Shown: positions 20,940 to 29,427 of the stretch, in pieces
Layout of the letters: each line of letters begins with the position of its first letter
Numbering within the stretch: position 1 is the stretch's first letter
From: a bacterium
GTDB lineage: Bacteria > Bacillota > Clostridia > Christensenellales > DTU072
Assembly (NCBI GenBank): GCA_963644945.1
Contig: CAVIQK010000003.1
Span: forward strand, 54,401-118,400
Reading direction: 5' to 3'
Length of the DNA: 64,000 nucleotides
Notes under the pieces: model-generated
Database searches by the model: none
What the model saw: the letters and a program-made list of their open reading frames with translations, nothing else
What the model was told of the DNA's origin: nothing
Program-made: the position numbers and the translations under genes

Positions 20940-23900
20940 ATGCCTAACTATACAACTAGCCAAAAAGAAGCAATTGCCGAAAAATCTAATTTAATAGTAT
21001 CGGCATCCGCCGGTAGCGGAAAAACAACGGTGCTTATAGAAAAACTTATCACCATTATAAAAAACGGTGGCGATTTGAGAAAAATCGTTGTCATGACGTT
21101 TACCGATCTTGCCGCATCGGAATTAAAGCAAAGACTACGTCTAGCACTATCCAATGCAATTAGAGAGGGAGAAGGCGATGTCGAAAGATTTAGAGAACAA
21201 ATAGAATATTTAGATTTTGCCAACATTTCGACAATACACACATACTGCTATTCGCTTTACAAAAAATATTTCAACGAAATCGGTGGCGATGCATCCACCG
21301 AAGTTTTGGAAGAGTCGGATGCCGATTTAATGTTCGACGAAAGTTTGGAAGAGGTTTTGAAAAACGCTGTTATTTCGGGCGACAAAGATGCCATGGAGTT
21401 GATTAGAAGATTTTACGGCAAAGATCGTCAATCCGCAACTTTAAAAAGTTTGATAAAAAAAGTTTACGATTACTTTTTAGCAATACCTTCGGCACAAGAA
21501 TTTATGGATAGTATGACCGAAGATTCGAAAAAGCCGTTTGACGAGAGAAAAGTCGTGAAAGAATTTTTGATAGACATACGTAAAAAAGCCGGCAGATTAA
21601 AGATTGAAGTCGAAAAATTTATAAATGAACACATTAATGCTGCGAAAGCGGAAGATCTTATAACCAAGAAGAATACCGGCGAAAAAATAATTGAACGTGC
21701 CCAAAATATAGATGTATGGCTAGGTCAAGTTTCAAAAGCGGAAACTCTACAAGATTTGACACCGGAGTTGGTCATATTGGAAGAAGCCCCCAAAAATGTA
21801 AAGAATGCAGTCTTAAAACCGATAATTGCCGAACTTAAAAAAATCGAAGAGGTATATAACAACATTAGAAGTGAGTTTGAAATATTAGGCGGAGGCATTC
21901 AAAAAGAGATAGAAAAAGCAGAAAAAGCATCATTTTATGCCGATACTTTATTTAGACTTGTAAAAGAAACCAAAGATTTATACGACAAAAAGAAAAAAGC
22001 CGAATCCAAACTTGACTTTTCGGATTTGGAGCATAATGCCCTGAAAATACTAAAAACTTCGGCTTTGGAAGAGATCCAAGATTCTACAGATTTAGTGTTT
22101 TTAGACGAATATCAAGACACCAACAAAGTCCAAGAAGAAATTTTGAAAAAGATAGGAGCCAAAGCCACAATATTTGTTGTCGGAGACGTCAAACAAAGCA
22201 TCTATAAATTTAGGCTGGCGGATCCCGATATATTTATATCTAGGTACAAACAATACGAGGTCGGCGCCGAAGGAAAACTTATAAGATTCAACGAGAATTT
22301 TAGAAGTGATAAAGCCGTCCTTGATTTTGTCAACGACGTGTTTTCTTGTTTGATGACCGAAGATTTTGGCGGAATAAACTACAAAGATGAGGCTATGCTT
22401 ATAGCGGGCGCCGAATATCCGCAAACGTCACAATTTGAAAAAGTCAAAGTTTATAAATTCGAAAAGGACTCAAATAAAACTCCGGAACTTCCTCCTGTTT
22501 ACGATATAAAAAGCGACACTAATCTAAAAGAAGTCGAAGAAAAGAGAGAAATAAATTTTATTGCAGAGAAAATAAAATCAATGGTCGGTGGCGAAATTTA
22601 CGATGTCTCGAAAAAATGTTTTAGACCAATTCGCTACCAAGATATAGCGATTCTTACTTCGACAAACGGAAAAGGCGAAGTAATCAAAAATATCCTAAAA
22701 CGTGCAGATATTCCTGCGTATAAATTTGGCGACGGAGGCGATAAATATCCCGAAGACAGGAATTGTATTTTCTCATATTTAAGGCTCATCTACGACTTTA
22801 ACAATGACGTAAATTTAGTAAAAACTTTGCTTTCTCCCCTATTTGGTTTTACGGAAAAAGAATTATTTGATATTCGTTCAAATGACAATAAATCATACTT
22901 TTGGGAAACCTTATTAAAGTATTCGGGAGACCAAATTCTAAAAACAAAAATAGACGATTTTATTAAAACCGTCAATCGTCATAGAGTTGTTGCAGGCTCG
23001 TCCAATGTAAAAGACCTTGTAGAAACCATTGTAGAAGATCTCGGTTTTGATGCATATATTTTGTCAAGCCATGACGGAGCCGATCGCATAGCAATGCACA
23101 ACGCTTTTGTCAATAAGTTGTCAGGTCAAAGTGTAGCCGAAAACCTTTCAAAATTTATAGAGTATCTTGACTGCATCGAAGAATATTCTTTGGATGCCCC
23201 GTCTTCAGATTCGGATGCCGTCAATATTATGACAATTCACAAGTCAAAAGGATTGGAATTTCCGATAGTAATAATTCCCCATTTTGAAGCATCGTTTTTC
23301 CAAACCGGCAACAACGAATCTAAGGATTTGCGGATAGACAGCAATCTCGGAGTTGCTTTGAAATATTATGACGACGATAAAAAAGTTGTCTCGGAAACTT
23401 TTGTCACAAAATATTTTGAACTCAAAGAAAAAGAAAGAGAAAGAGAGGAGCGTCTACGTCTTTTGTATGTCGGACTGACAAGAGCAAAAAATCATTTGTA
23501 CATAACATCGACTCCGCCCCAAAAAGGAAAAAATTATTTGTATCCCGATCAGTGCGGAAGTTTTTATGAGTTTTTGGACTATGCCGCTAGCAATTCCAAA
23601 AATTTTTCGAATGTTATTGAAACCATCAAGATCGAAACCAACGAAAACAAAAACGAAGAAAATGAAAATGTAAATGCTGGCGAAATCGACCAAATAAACG
23701 AAATCGACCAAACAAACGAAACCGATAAAACTAATGAAACAGATAAAACAAATATCACCAATGCAAAAGATTATGATTTTTCGGCGTTAGAGCAAAAATA
23801 TGAATATGCAGAGTCAACCGTTCTTCCTGTAAAATATTCGGTTTCACAACTCAACGAAAAAGGATTTTCCGAGGTGATTTCCGAAGATGATGACGAAATC

Positions 23901-24440
23901 GATATCTCTATCGGAGAAAGATCCGCCAGAAAAACCAGAGAAAATTCTGCATCGACAGGCACTCTTTATCACAAAATTTTAGAAAATGTCGATTTTTTCA
24001 AAACGGAAAAAGGCGATATAGAGAAATTGCTAGTTGATATGGAAAACAACGGAGAAATATCGACCGAAGAAAAAGAGAAGATCGATGTGGATATTATCTC
24101 GAAAGTGCTAAAACTTCCGGTGTTTTCAGAAATCCGTTCGGGCGAATATCATAGAGAGTCTGCCTTCATGTTGTATGTGCCGGCAAATACCGTCATAGAT
24201 TCGACAACGGCTACCGACAAAGTCCTTGTACAAGGAGTCATAGACTTGGTCGGTCTAAAAGACGATGCAATTTTGGTTGATTACAAATATTCGTCAAAAC
24301 CCGAAGAACTATTGAAAAAAGAATATGAAAAACAACTTTCGGTTTACAAATTGGCAATAGAAAAAATTCTCAACAAAAAGGTAAAAAAGGCTTATCTTGT
24401 GCTTATAAAGACGGCAAAATGTGTCGAAGTCGATGTTTAA
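20940..24440 (+). CDS. addA: Helicase-exonuclease AddAB, subunit A (UvrD/Rep-type SF1 helicase plus RecB nuclease)
   Basis: Walker A SASAGSGKTT, motif II FLDEYQDTN, further SF1 motifs (VGDVKQSIYKFRLA, TIHKSKGLEFP, LLYVGLTRA), and a C-terminal nuclease (GVIDLV...LVDYKYS). Confidence 0.9.
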   Translation: MPNYTTSQKEAIAEKSNLIVSASAGSGKTTVLIEKLITIIKNGGDLRKIVVMTFTDLAASELKQRLRLALSNAIREGEGDVERFREQIEYLDFANISTIHTYCYSLYKKYFNEIGGDASTEVLEESDADLMFDESLEEVLKNAVISGDKDAMELIRRFYGKDRQSATLKSLIKKVYDYFLAIPSAQEFMDSMTEDSKKPFDERKVVKEFLIDIRKKAGRLKIEVEKFINEHINAAKAEDLITKKNTGEKIIERAQNIDVWLGQVSKAETLQDLTPELVILEEAPKNVKNAVLKPIIAELKKIEEVYNNIRSEFEILGGGIQKEIEKAEKASFYADTLFRLVKETKDLYDKKKKAESKLDFSDLEHNALKILKTSALEEIQDSTDLVFLDEYQDTNKVQEEILKKIGAKATIFVVGDVKQSIYKFRLADPDIFISRYKQYEVGAEGKLIRFNENFRSDKAVLDFVNDVFSCLMTEDFGGINYKDEAMLIAGAEYPQTSQFEKVKVYKFEKDSNKTPELPPVYDIKSDTNLKEVEEKREINFIAEKIKSMVGGEIYDVSKKCFRPIRYQDIAILTSTNGKGEVIKNILKRADIPAYKFGDGGDKYPEDRNCIFSYLRLIYDFNNDVNLVKTLLSPLFGFTEKELFDIRSNDNKSYFWETLLKYSGDQILKTKIDDFIKTVNRHRVVAGSSNVKDLVETIVEDLGFDAYILSSHDGADRIAMHNAFVNKLSGQSVAENLSKFIEYLDCIEEYSLDAPSSDSDAVNIMTIHKSKGLEFPIVIIPHFEASFFQTGNNESKDLRIDSNLGVALKYYDDDKKVVSETFVTKYFELKEKEREREERLRLLYVGLTRAKNHLYITSTPPQKGKNYLYPDQCGSFYEFLDYAASNSKNFSNVIETIKIETNENKNEENENVNAGEIDQINEIDQTNETDKTNETDKTNITNAKDYDFSALEQKYEYAESTVLPVKYSVSQLNEKGFSEVISEDDDEIDISIGERSARKTRENSASTGTLYHKILENVDFFKTEKGDIEKLLVDMENNGEISTEEKEKIDVDIISKVLKLPVFSEIRSGEYHRESAFMLYVPANTVIDSTTATDKVLVQGVIDLVGLKDDAILVDYKYSSKPEELLKKEYEKQLSVYKLAIEKILNKKVKKAYLVLIKTAKCVEVDV
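23682..23753 (+). repeat. Four in-frame imperfect 18-bp tandem repeats inside addA (EIDQIN EIDQTN ETDKTN ETDKTN)
   Basis: GAAATCGACCAAATAAAC / GAAATCGACCAAACAAAC / GAAACCGATAAAACTAAT / GAAACAGATAAAACAAAT lie head to tail, embedded in an N/E-rich linker between the helicase and nuclease domains. Confidence 0.9.
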
Positions 24441-24528
24441 TAAATGGCTTGCAAAAAAATCTTGCATTATAATATTTTTATGATATAATAGAATAGTATA
24501 AGAATTATATATGTAGGAGAATTCTGGC

Positions 24529-25743
24529 ATGATATTAGCAGGTGAAGGGCTTGGTGCGACCGTCGTCAACTTTATAAAAGACATGTGTGACAAAATCGGT
24601 TTTACCTCGGCAGGACAAAGATTTATCGCTCTCGCAATCGTCGGCACAGCGATTGTTTTGTTGGCATTTATTATAGCGCTTTTGAGTACTCTCGGCAGCA
24701 AAAAGAAAAAAGAAACCAAAAAATATAAGGTTGCTAAAGAATTTTTGGATACAAACGGCGAAATCACCGAAGAAAACATCGAACATCTCAACCCTTATAT
24801 TCAAGATATGAGTGCGAATATCTCCTCCGGATGGGGAGAATTCCTTGCATCGGATTCTGCCAACGATTATCCTTCCGACTATATGAAAGCCGAAAAGGTT
24901 TTTGGCAGTGCAAAACAAGAGAAATCTAGGACGGGCAAGACTTTCTTTGCCGCCGTATCCATGATAGGTGTTTTGGCTGTTGCATTTTTAGGCGCTCTCT
25001 TGTCTAGATCCGAAGGCGTTCTAGACGTTTTAAGTGCCGGCACGATAATTTATCTTCTTTTTGATATTATATCGGTCATCGTATTCCCGTTGATCGCATT
25101 TATAGTTTTCTCTCTAATTTTATCGGCAGTCAATCGAGGAATTACCAAAAAATCATACAAGGCATACAACGAATTTATATCAACCCTTGACGATGTCGTA
25201 GTTATCTCCAAAGAAAAACCCGAAGAGAAGACCGAAGAAGAAGTCAAAGTCGATGAGAAGATTGACCTTCTCGATGACGAAGTCCAAAAAATAATCAATT
25301 CCAAAATCGAACAAAACGAACTTATCGAAATTGTCACAACTCCTAGAGTTCGCAATGTCGAAGAAGAATCTGAAGTCGTCCTTCCCGAAATTGAAAAAGT
25401 CCAAGATCCTACGGATGTTAGCGACGTAGAACTCAAAGACGACGAATTTGAAGAAATCCCGCTTCCGTCAACCGAATCGTTGTTTGACGACGATGACAAC
25501 AAAACGGAAAAACCTCAACAACAAGTCCAAGAAGAAAAGAAAGAAGAAGAAAGCCAATTGCAAGGACTAGTTGCTCTTGTCGAACAAGCAGTCGCAGATG
25601 TCAAAGGTACGACTAAAGAAGACTTGACCGAATTGGCAAAAGCCATCAAAGAAGCACAAACAGACGGAAGATTCCCTGATCCCAGAGATCAAGAAATCTT
25701 AAACGAATGTAGATACAAAATACTAAACTTATATTATCAATAA
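24529..25743 (+). CDS. Membrane protein with about 4 TM segments and a very acidic C-terminal tail, function unknown
   Basis: AGGAG Shine-Dalgarno upstream. TM segments (FIALAIVGTAIVLLAFIIALL; FFAAVSMIGVLAVAFLGALL; IIYLLFDIISVIVFPLIAFIVFSLIL) are followed by ~190 aa of E/D/K-rich low complexity. Confidence 0.55.
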   Translation: MILAGEGLGATVVNFIKDMCDKIGFTSAGQRFIALAIVGTAIVLLAFIIALLSTLGSKKKKETKKYKVAKEFLDTNGEITEENIEHLNPYIQDMSANISSGWGEFLASDSANDYPSDYMKAEKVFGSAKQEKSRTGKTFFAAVSMIGVLAVAFLGALLSRSEGVLDVLSAGTIIYLLFDIISVIVFPLIAFIVFSLILSAVNRGITKKSYKAYNEFISTLDDVVVISKEKPEEKTEEEVKVDEKIDLLDDEVQKIINSKIEQNELIEIVTTPRVRNVEEESEVVLPEIEKVQDPTDVSDVELKDDEFEEIPLPSTESLFDDDDNKTEKPQQQVQEEKKEEESQLQGLVALVEQAVADVKGTTKEDLTELAKAIKEAQTDGRFPDPRDQEILNECRYKILNLYYQ

Positions 25744-25899
25744 TAACAATGGAAACAGAACCTCGAAGTATAAAGAATAGATTATATCGTCGCATATCCA
25801 CAAGATTTTTAATTGCAGTATAATACTTATATTGCATTATATTTGAGCGGTAAAAGTGCGACGAATTCGCACTTTTATTTTAGGAAAGGAGACAGTACA

Positions 25900-26856
25900 A
25901 TGATTCAAGTGTTTTATACCGACCCTAAGACGCTCAGCACGTTTGAGTGCGAAGATGAATTTTCCGGCGGAGTCAATCTCAACAACAAATGGATTCATCT
26001 TACCAACCCCACAGATAGAGAAATAGAACTTGTCGCAAGAGTCAGCGGAGTATCCGAAGACTTTCTCAAAGCCGCATTGGACGAAGAAGAAAAGGCTCGT
26101 ATAGACGAAGAAGACGGCAATGTCTTGACCGTATTTGATATTCCTATAATAGAAGAAGACGATTCATATTACACTTATGATACATTTCCTTTTGGTTTCA
26201 TAATAGCCAAAGATTTTATAGTTTCGGTTTGCTTGAAAGAGACCGCCATGGTGCAAGGTGTCATCAACGGCAGAATGAAAGGCTTTTCAACTGCCAAGAA
26301 GACAAGAAGCCTTTACCAACTCTTATATTTTACTCATACCAAATATATCGCATATCTTCGCCAAATATATAAGGCAAGCCAACGTATTCAAGACACTCTT
26401 GAAAAAACCACCAAAAACAAAGGCCTTGTCCAAATGCTAGAACTAGAAAAATCAATAGTTTACTTTTCGACAAGTTTGAGATCCAACAATTTTGTTTTGG
26501 AAAAACTTGCAAAAACCGGTCTTATTAAAAAATACGAAGAAGACGATGAACTTTTGGAAGATGTAACCATCGAAAACCGTCAGGCTCTAGAAATGTGTAA
26601 CATATATAGAGAAATTATCAACAGCACTATGGATGCATGGGGCTCGATTATTTCCAACAACGTCAACAGTATTATGAAAGTCTTGACATCGCTTACCCTT
26701 GTCGTCAATATTCCTATGCTCGTATCGGGAATATGGGGAATGAACACTTGGGTTCCGGGCGAAGGCAAAGCACTTGGATTTTGGCTCGTATGTGGTATAT
26801 CGGGACTTGTTTCAGGACTTATTGCATTGATTTTGAAAAAGAAAAAATTGTTATAA
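25900..26856 (+). CDS. corA: CorA-family Mg2+/Co2+ transporter
   Basis: Start set at ATG 25900 (MIQVFYTDP) behind AGGAAAGGAG. The GMN signature is in GIWGMNTW, with two C-terminal TM helices and a basic KKKKLL end. Confidence 0.85.
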   Translation: MIQVFYTDPKTLSTFECEDEFSGGVNLNNKWIHLTNPTDREIELVARVSGVSEDFLKAALDEEEKARIDEEDGNVLTVFDIPIIEEDDSYYTYDTFPFGFIIAKDFIVSVCLKETAMVQGVINGRMKGFSTAKKTRSLYQLLYFTHTKYIAYLRQIYKASQRIQDTLEKTTKNKGLVQMLELEKSIVYFSTSLRSNNFVLEKLAKTGLIKKYEEDDELLEDVTIENRQALEMCNIYREIINSTMDAWGSIISNNVNSIMKVLTSLTLVVNIPMLVSGIWGMNTWVPGEGKALGFWLVCGISGLVSGLIALILKKKKLL

Positions 26857-26894
26857 TCTTTCGATATTTACTATAAAACTAAAACACAGAAAAA

Positions 26895-26928
26895 AAGACC
26901 GATAGAATAATTATCGGTCTTTTATTAT
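26895..26928 (+). terminator. Rho-independent terminator of corA
   Basis: Stem GACCGATA / TATCGGTC (26897..26919) followed by TTTTATTATT. Confidence 0.75.
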
Positions 26929-26941
26929 TATACGAAATAGA

Positions 26942-26978
26942 AAAATTAAATAAAAAAGAGAGCAAATATTGCTCTCTT
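26942..26978 (-). terminator. Rho-independent terminator of the tRNA-Ala/tRNA-Ile transcription unit
   Basis: On the minus strand, stem AGAGAGCAA / TTGCTCTCT (26957..26977) is followed by TTTTTATTTAATTTTT. Confidence 0.75.
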
Positions 26979-27055
26979 TGGTAGGATTGAGTGGACTCGA
27001 ACCACCGACCCCCACCTTATCAGGGTGGTGCTCTAACCTGCTGAGCTACAATCCT
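26979..27055 (-). tRNA. tRNA-Ile (anticodon GAU), CCA encoded
   Basis: Minus-strand read AGGATTGTAGCTCAGCAGGTTAGAGCACCACCCTGATAAGGTGGGGGTCGGTGGTTCGAGTCCACTCAATCCTACCA. It has a 7-bp acceptor stem, anticodon stem CCACC/GGTGG with loop CTGATAA, and T-loop TTCGAGT. Confidence 0.9.
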
Positions 27056-27079
27056 ATATCCGCTATACGCAACTTAGTT

Positions 27080-27155
27080 TGGTGGAGGTAATCGGGTTCG
27101 AACCGGTGACCTCCTACGTGCAAGGCAGGCGCTCTACCAACTGAGCTATACCCCC
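27080..27155 (-). tRNA. tRNA-Ala (anticodon UGC), CCA encoded
   Basis: Minus-strand read GGGGGTATAGCTCAGTTGGTAGAGCGCCTGCCTTGCACGTAGGAGGTCACCGGTTCGAACCCGATTACCTCCACCA. The G3:U70 identity pair context (GGGGGTA...TACCTCC) is present and the anticodon loop is CTTGCAC. Confidence 0.9.
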
Positions 27156-27180
27156 ATACATAAGTTTCGATAGCTTGATT

Positions 27181-27209
27181 ATATTAACATTAAATTGCCC
27201 CCTTGTCAA
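27181..27209 (-). promoter_or_regulatory. Putative sigma-A promoter of the tRNA-Ala/Ile unit
   Basis: Minus strand: TTGACA (27209..27204), 17-nt spacer, TAATAT (27186..27181), about 25 nt upstream of the tRNA-Ala 5' end. Confidence 0.5.
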
Positions 27210-27243
27210 TAATTTTATTCAACTTATAATAAAATTTTAACAA

Positions 27244-28470
27244 TCAGTTATTTAGTGCATCGGTAAGGAGTGTAAAAAATTCATCTTCAATCTCTTTGTT
27301 GTTGAGTCGAGAAGAAAAAGAAAGTTTTGTTTTGCCTTGGAAAGACACGATTGCAAGGTTTCTCGGAGTGTTCACGCTGGTGTTCAACATAAAACTCATC
27401 GTGTCGATAAATTTGCTTGCATCGTTTGGCATTTTTACAACTCCAAGATTTGAAACAATCAATGTTTGCTGTTGCTTGCTGTGTGATTTTGAAAATCTAA
27501 CAATTGCACTAAGCAAAAATCTCGGCATGTATTTTGTCAAAAATATGCGATCAAGTAGGGTAGAAAAATTGATTCTTTGTTGGAGCGCATCTTTTGTCGT
27601 ATGCGTTTTAAGGTCTTTGGTGACGGTGTCTAATATATCTTGGAAAATAGTTTCATCCGTAATAGTGACTCGACTTTTTATAAAGGTTACAAAATTACGC
27701 ATAGATTTTGTAGCAAAAGATTTTCGCATGTTCGCAGGGACGAAAGCGACTAGATGCGGATGTTTGTCACGATAAAGACGTGCATACGAAAAGAGTGCAA
27801 GAGCGACGATGTATTGTGTTACCGTAGCAGAATGACTTTTTGCGAGATTATATAGTTTTTCAGAATCGACGACAATGCTTCTTTCGTGAAAACCATCGGT
27901 CTCTTTATACTTACCTGTGGGGCAAAAAGCCTTTTTTCCGAGAGCGTTTTTAATAGATTGATTTTTAGATTTCTTATCATAAAAATTTGCTTGCGGATCG
28001 GAAAATTCTTCGTTATCCAAAAATTCTCCCGTCATAACCGATCCGTCATTTTCAATGTTCCCATGGACTAAAACCAAATATTCGAATAGAATTGTTTTGA
28101 AAAATTCCATCATAGACGTTCCGTCCCCGAGAGCATGGAAAGTTTCAAGTATTATTTCGTTATCAAGAAAAGAAACTTCTAGAAGGTAATTATTGTTTTC
28201 TTTCCAGTCGATAGGAGCAAGAATTTTTCCGTCATTTTGCTTGACGACGAAAGGCTCGTCATTGGAAATAAGCACGTACTCAAAAAAGGTTTTACCGAGT
28301 TTAACTTTATAATAAGGAAATCTCAAAAATGCCTTGTTTACCGCCTCTTGTAGGCTGTCTTTGTCAATGGGATCGTGAAGTGTTGCGGAAATTCTAAAAT
28401 TGGACTGCGAAGATTTAGTCATAATCATCGGATAAAATTTTGCAACCGCATCGAGGGGATAAACTTTCAT
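27244..28470 (-). CDS. Acyltransferase of the condensation-domain / alcohol acetyltransferase-like HxxxD superfamily
   Basis: About 408 aa from ATG 28470 (MKVYPLDAVAKFYP). The catalytic-type motif HALGDGTS (HxxxDG) lies at about one third of the length, and the two-lobed size is typical of CAT/condensation-fold enzymes. No signal peptide. Confidence 0.5.
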   Translation of the reverse strand: MKVYPLDAVAKFYPMIMTKSSQSNFRISATLHDPIDKDSLQEAVNKAFLRFPYYKVKLGKTFFEYVLISNDEPFVVKQNDGKILAPIDWKENNNYLLEVSFLDNEIILETFHALGDGTSMMEFFKTILFEYLVLVHGNIENDGSVMTGEFLDNEEFSDPQANFYDKKSKNQSIKNALGKKAFCPTGKYKETDGFHERSIVVDSEKLYNLAKSHSATVTQYIVALALFSYARLYRDKHPHLVAFVPANMRKSFATKSMRNFVTFIKSRVTITDETIFQDILDTVTKDLKTHTTKDALQQRINFSTLLDRIFLTKYMPRFLLSAIVRFSKSHSKQQQTLIVSNLGVVKMPNDASKFIDTMSFMLNTSVNTPRNLAIVSFQGKTKLSFSSRLNNKEIEDEFFTLLTDALNN

Positions 28471-28624
28471 AACTATAATATTATAACAAATATATGATTT
28501 TCGGTCAATACTGGACAAGAAATAATACGAACTACGGTCTAGCGATAGAATTCTAACCGATCATAGGTTTTCATGGTTTAATTGTTCTTATCCGGAGGAC
28601 GTGATATAATAAATAGAGGACTAT

Positions 28625-29353
28625 ATGCAACTAACAAGAAAAAATTGGACAAATACCGATATTTTAGAATACGAAAATTATTTATTATCTTTTTCTAAAG
28701 GCGAAGAAACCGCAATTAGACAAAAAATAATAGCAAATACCGAAATTCCTACAATAGGAGTTCCTATGTCGGTCATCAAAAAATTTTCAAAAGAAATTTA
28801 TTTAGGCAACTACCGAGAATTTTTAGAGTTTTTTCCTAGAAATAATCATTCCGAAATTTTAGTCATAGGCAATATTTTGTCAAGAATAAAAGATTTTGAC
28901 GAGTTTTCTCAATATTTGGCTAAATATTCGACAGTAATTGACAATTGGGAAGCAGTCGATACCTTAAAATTTTCAGTTAAAGATGCCGAAAAAGAATATT
29001 TAGAACTAAGCGACAGACTTATAAAAAGTCCAAGAAAATTTGATCGCCGTATAGGTATAAGAATTTTGTTTTCATTTATCGACGAAGACCATTTAGATTA
29101 TATTTTCAATGTTGCGGAAAATTTGCAAGACGAGCAAGAATATTATGTCAATATGTGCTTGGCGTGGCTTCTTTCGGAATGTATGGTAAAAGAAAGAGAC
29201 AAAACCCTCGACTTTTTATATAAAGCCCGTCTTTCTAAATTTGTACTGCAAAAAACCGTTTCAAAATGTAGAGACAGTTTTAGAGTGTCCTCGGAAGACA
29301 AATTGCTACTGAAAAATTTTCTTGCAAAAAAATTGGACGAAATAGACAATTGA
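28625..29353 (+). CDS. DNA alkylation repair protein (AlkD-like HEAT-repeat glycosylase family)
   Basis: 242 aa and all-helical. Family-like landmarks are NWEAVDTL, RRIGIRILF and YYVNMCLAWLLSECMVKERDKTLDFL, comparable to the B. cereus AlkD pattern W..VD / FFIQKAIGWVLREY. Confidence 0.6.
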   Translation: MQLTRKNWTNTDILEYENYLLSFSKGEETAIRQKIIANTEIPTIGVPMSVIKKFSKEIYLGNYREFLEFFPRNNHSEILVIGNILSRIKDFDEFSQYLAKYSTVIDNWEAVDTLKFSVKDAEKEYLELSDRLIKSPRKFDRRIGIRILFSFIDEDHLDYIFNVAENLQDEQEYYVNMCLAWLLSECMVKERDKTLDFLYKARLSKFVLQKTVSKCRDSFRVSSEDKLLLKNFLAKKLDEIDN

Positions 29354-29427
29354 GTCTTATATAATTGAAAATTATATGAATATATATTATAATAATAAAC
29401 AATCAAATTTAATTTTATGAGGTTTTT

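Noticed and set aside
23640-23760. Possible CRISPR or minisatellite signal from short direct repeats.
   Set aside because: The repeats are 18 bp, contiguous with no spacers, in frame and inside addA. This is a coding tandem repeat and not a CRISPR array. No other repeat-spacer structure was seen in the window.
25813-25899. 29-codon extension of corA. Similar alternative-start extensions occur at 10420..10482, 10411..10545, 14450..14494, 17796..17813, 28471..28518, 44859..44951 and 46243..46320.
   Set aside because: In each case a downstream ATG with a proper SD, or a promoter placed inside the extension, gives a protein that starts where family members start. The extensions come from TTG/GTG/ATG codons in intergenic DNA.
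26857-27243. tRNA cluster as an integration hotspot or genomic-island boundary, or as a remnant of an rRNA operon.
   Set aside because: No integrase, no direct repeat of a tRNA 3' end, no compositional shift that I could see, and no rRNA-like sequence nearby. The flanking genes look like ordinary chromosomal genes.
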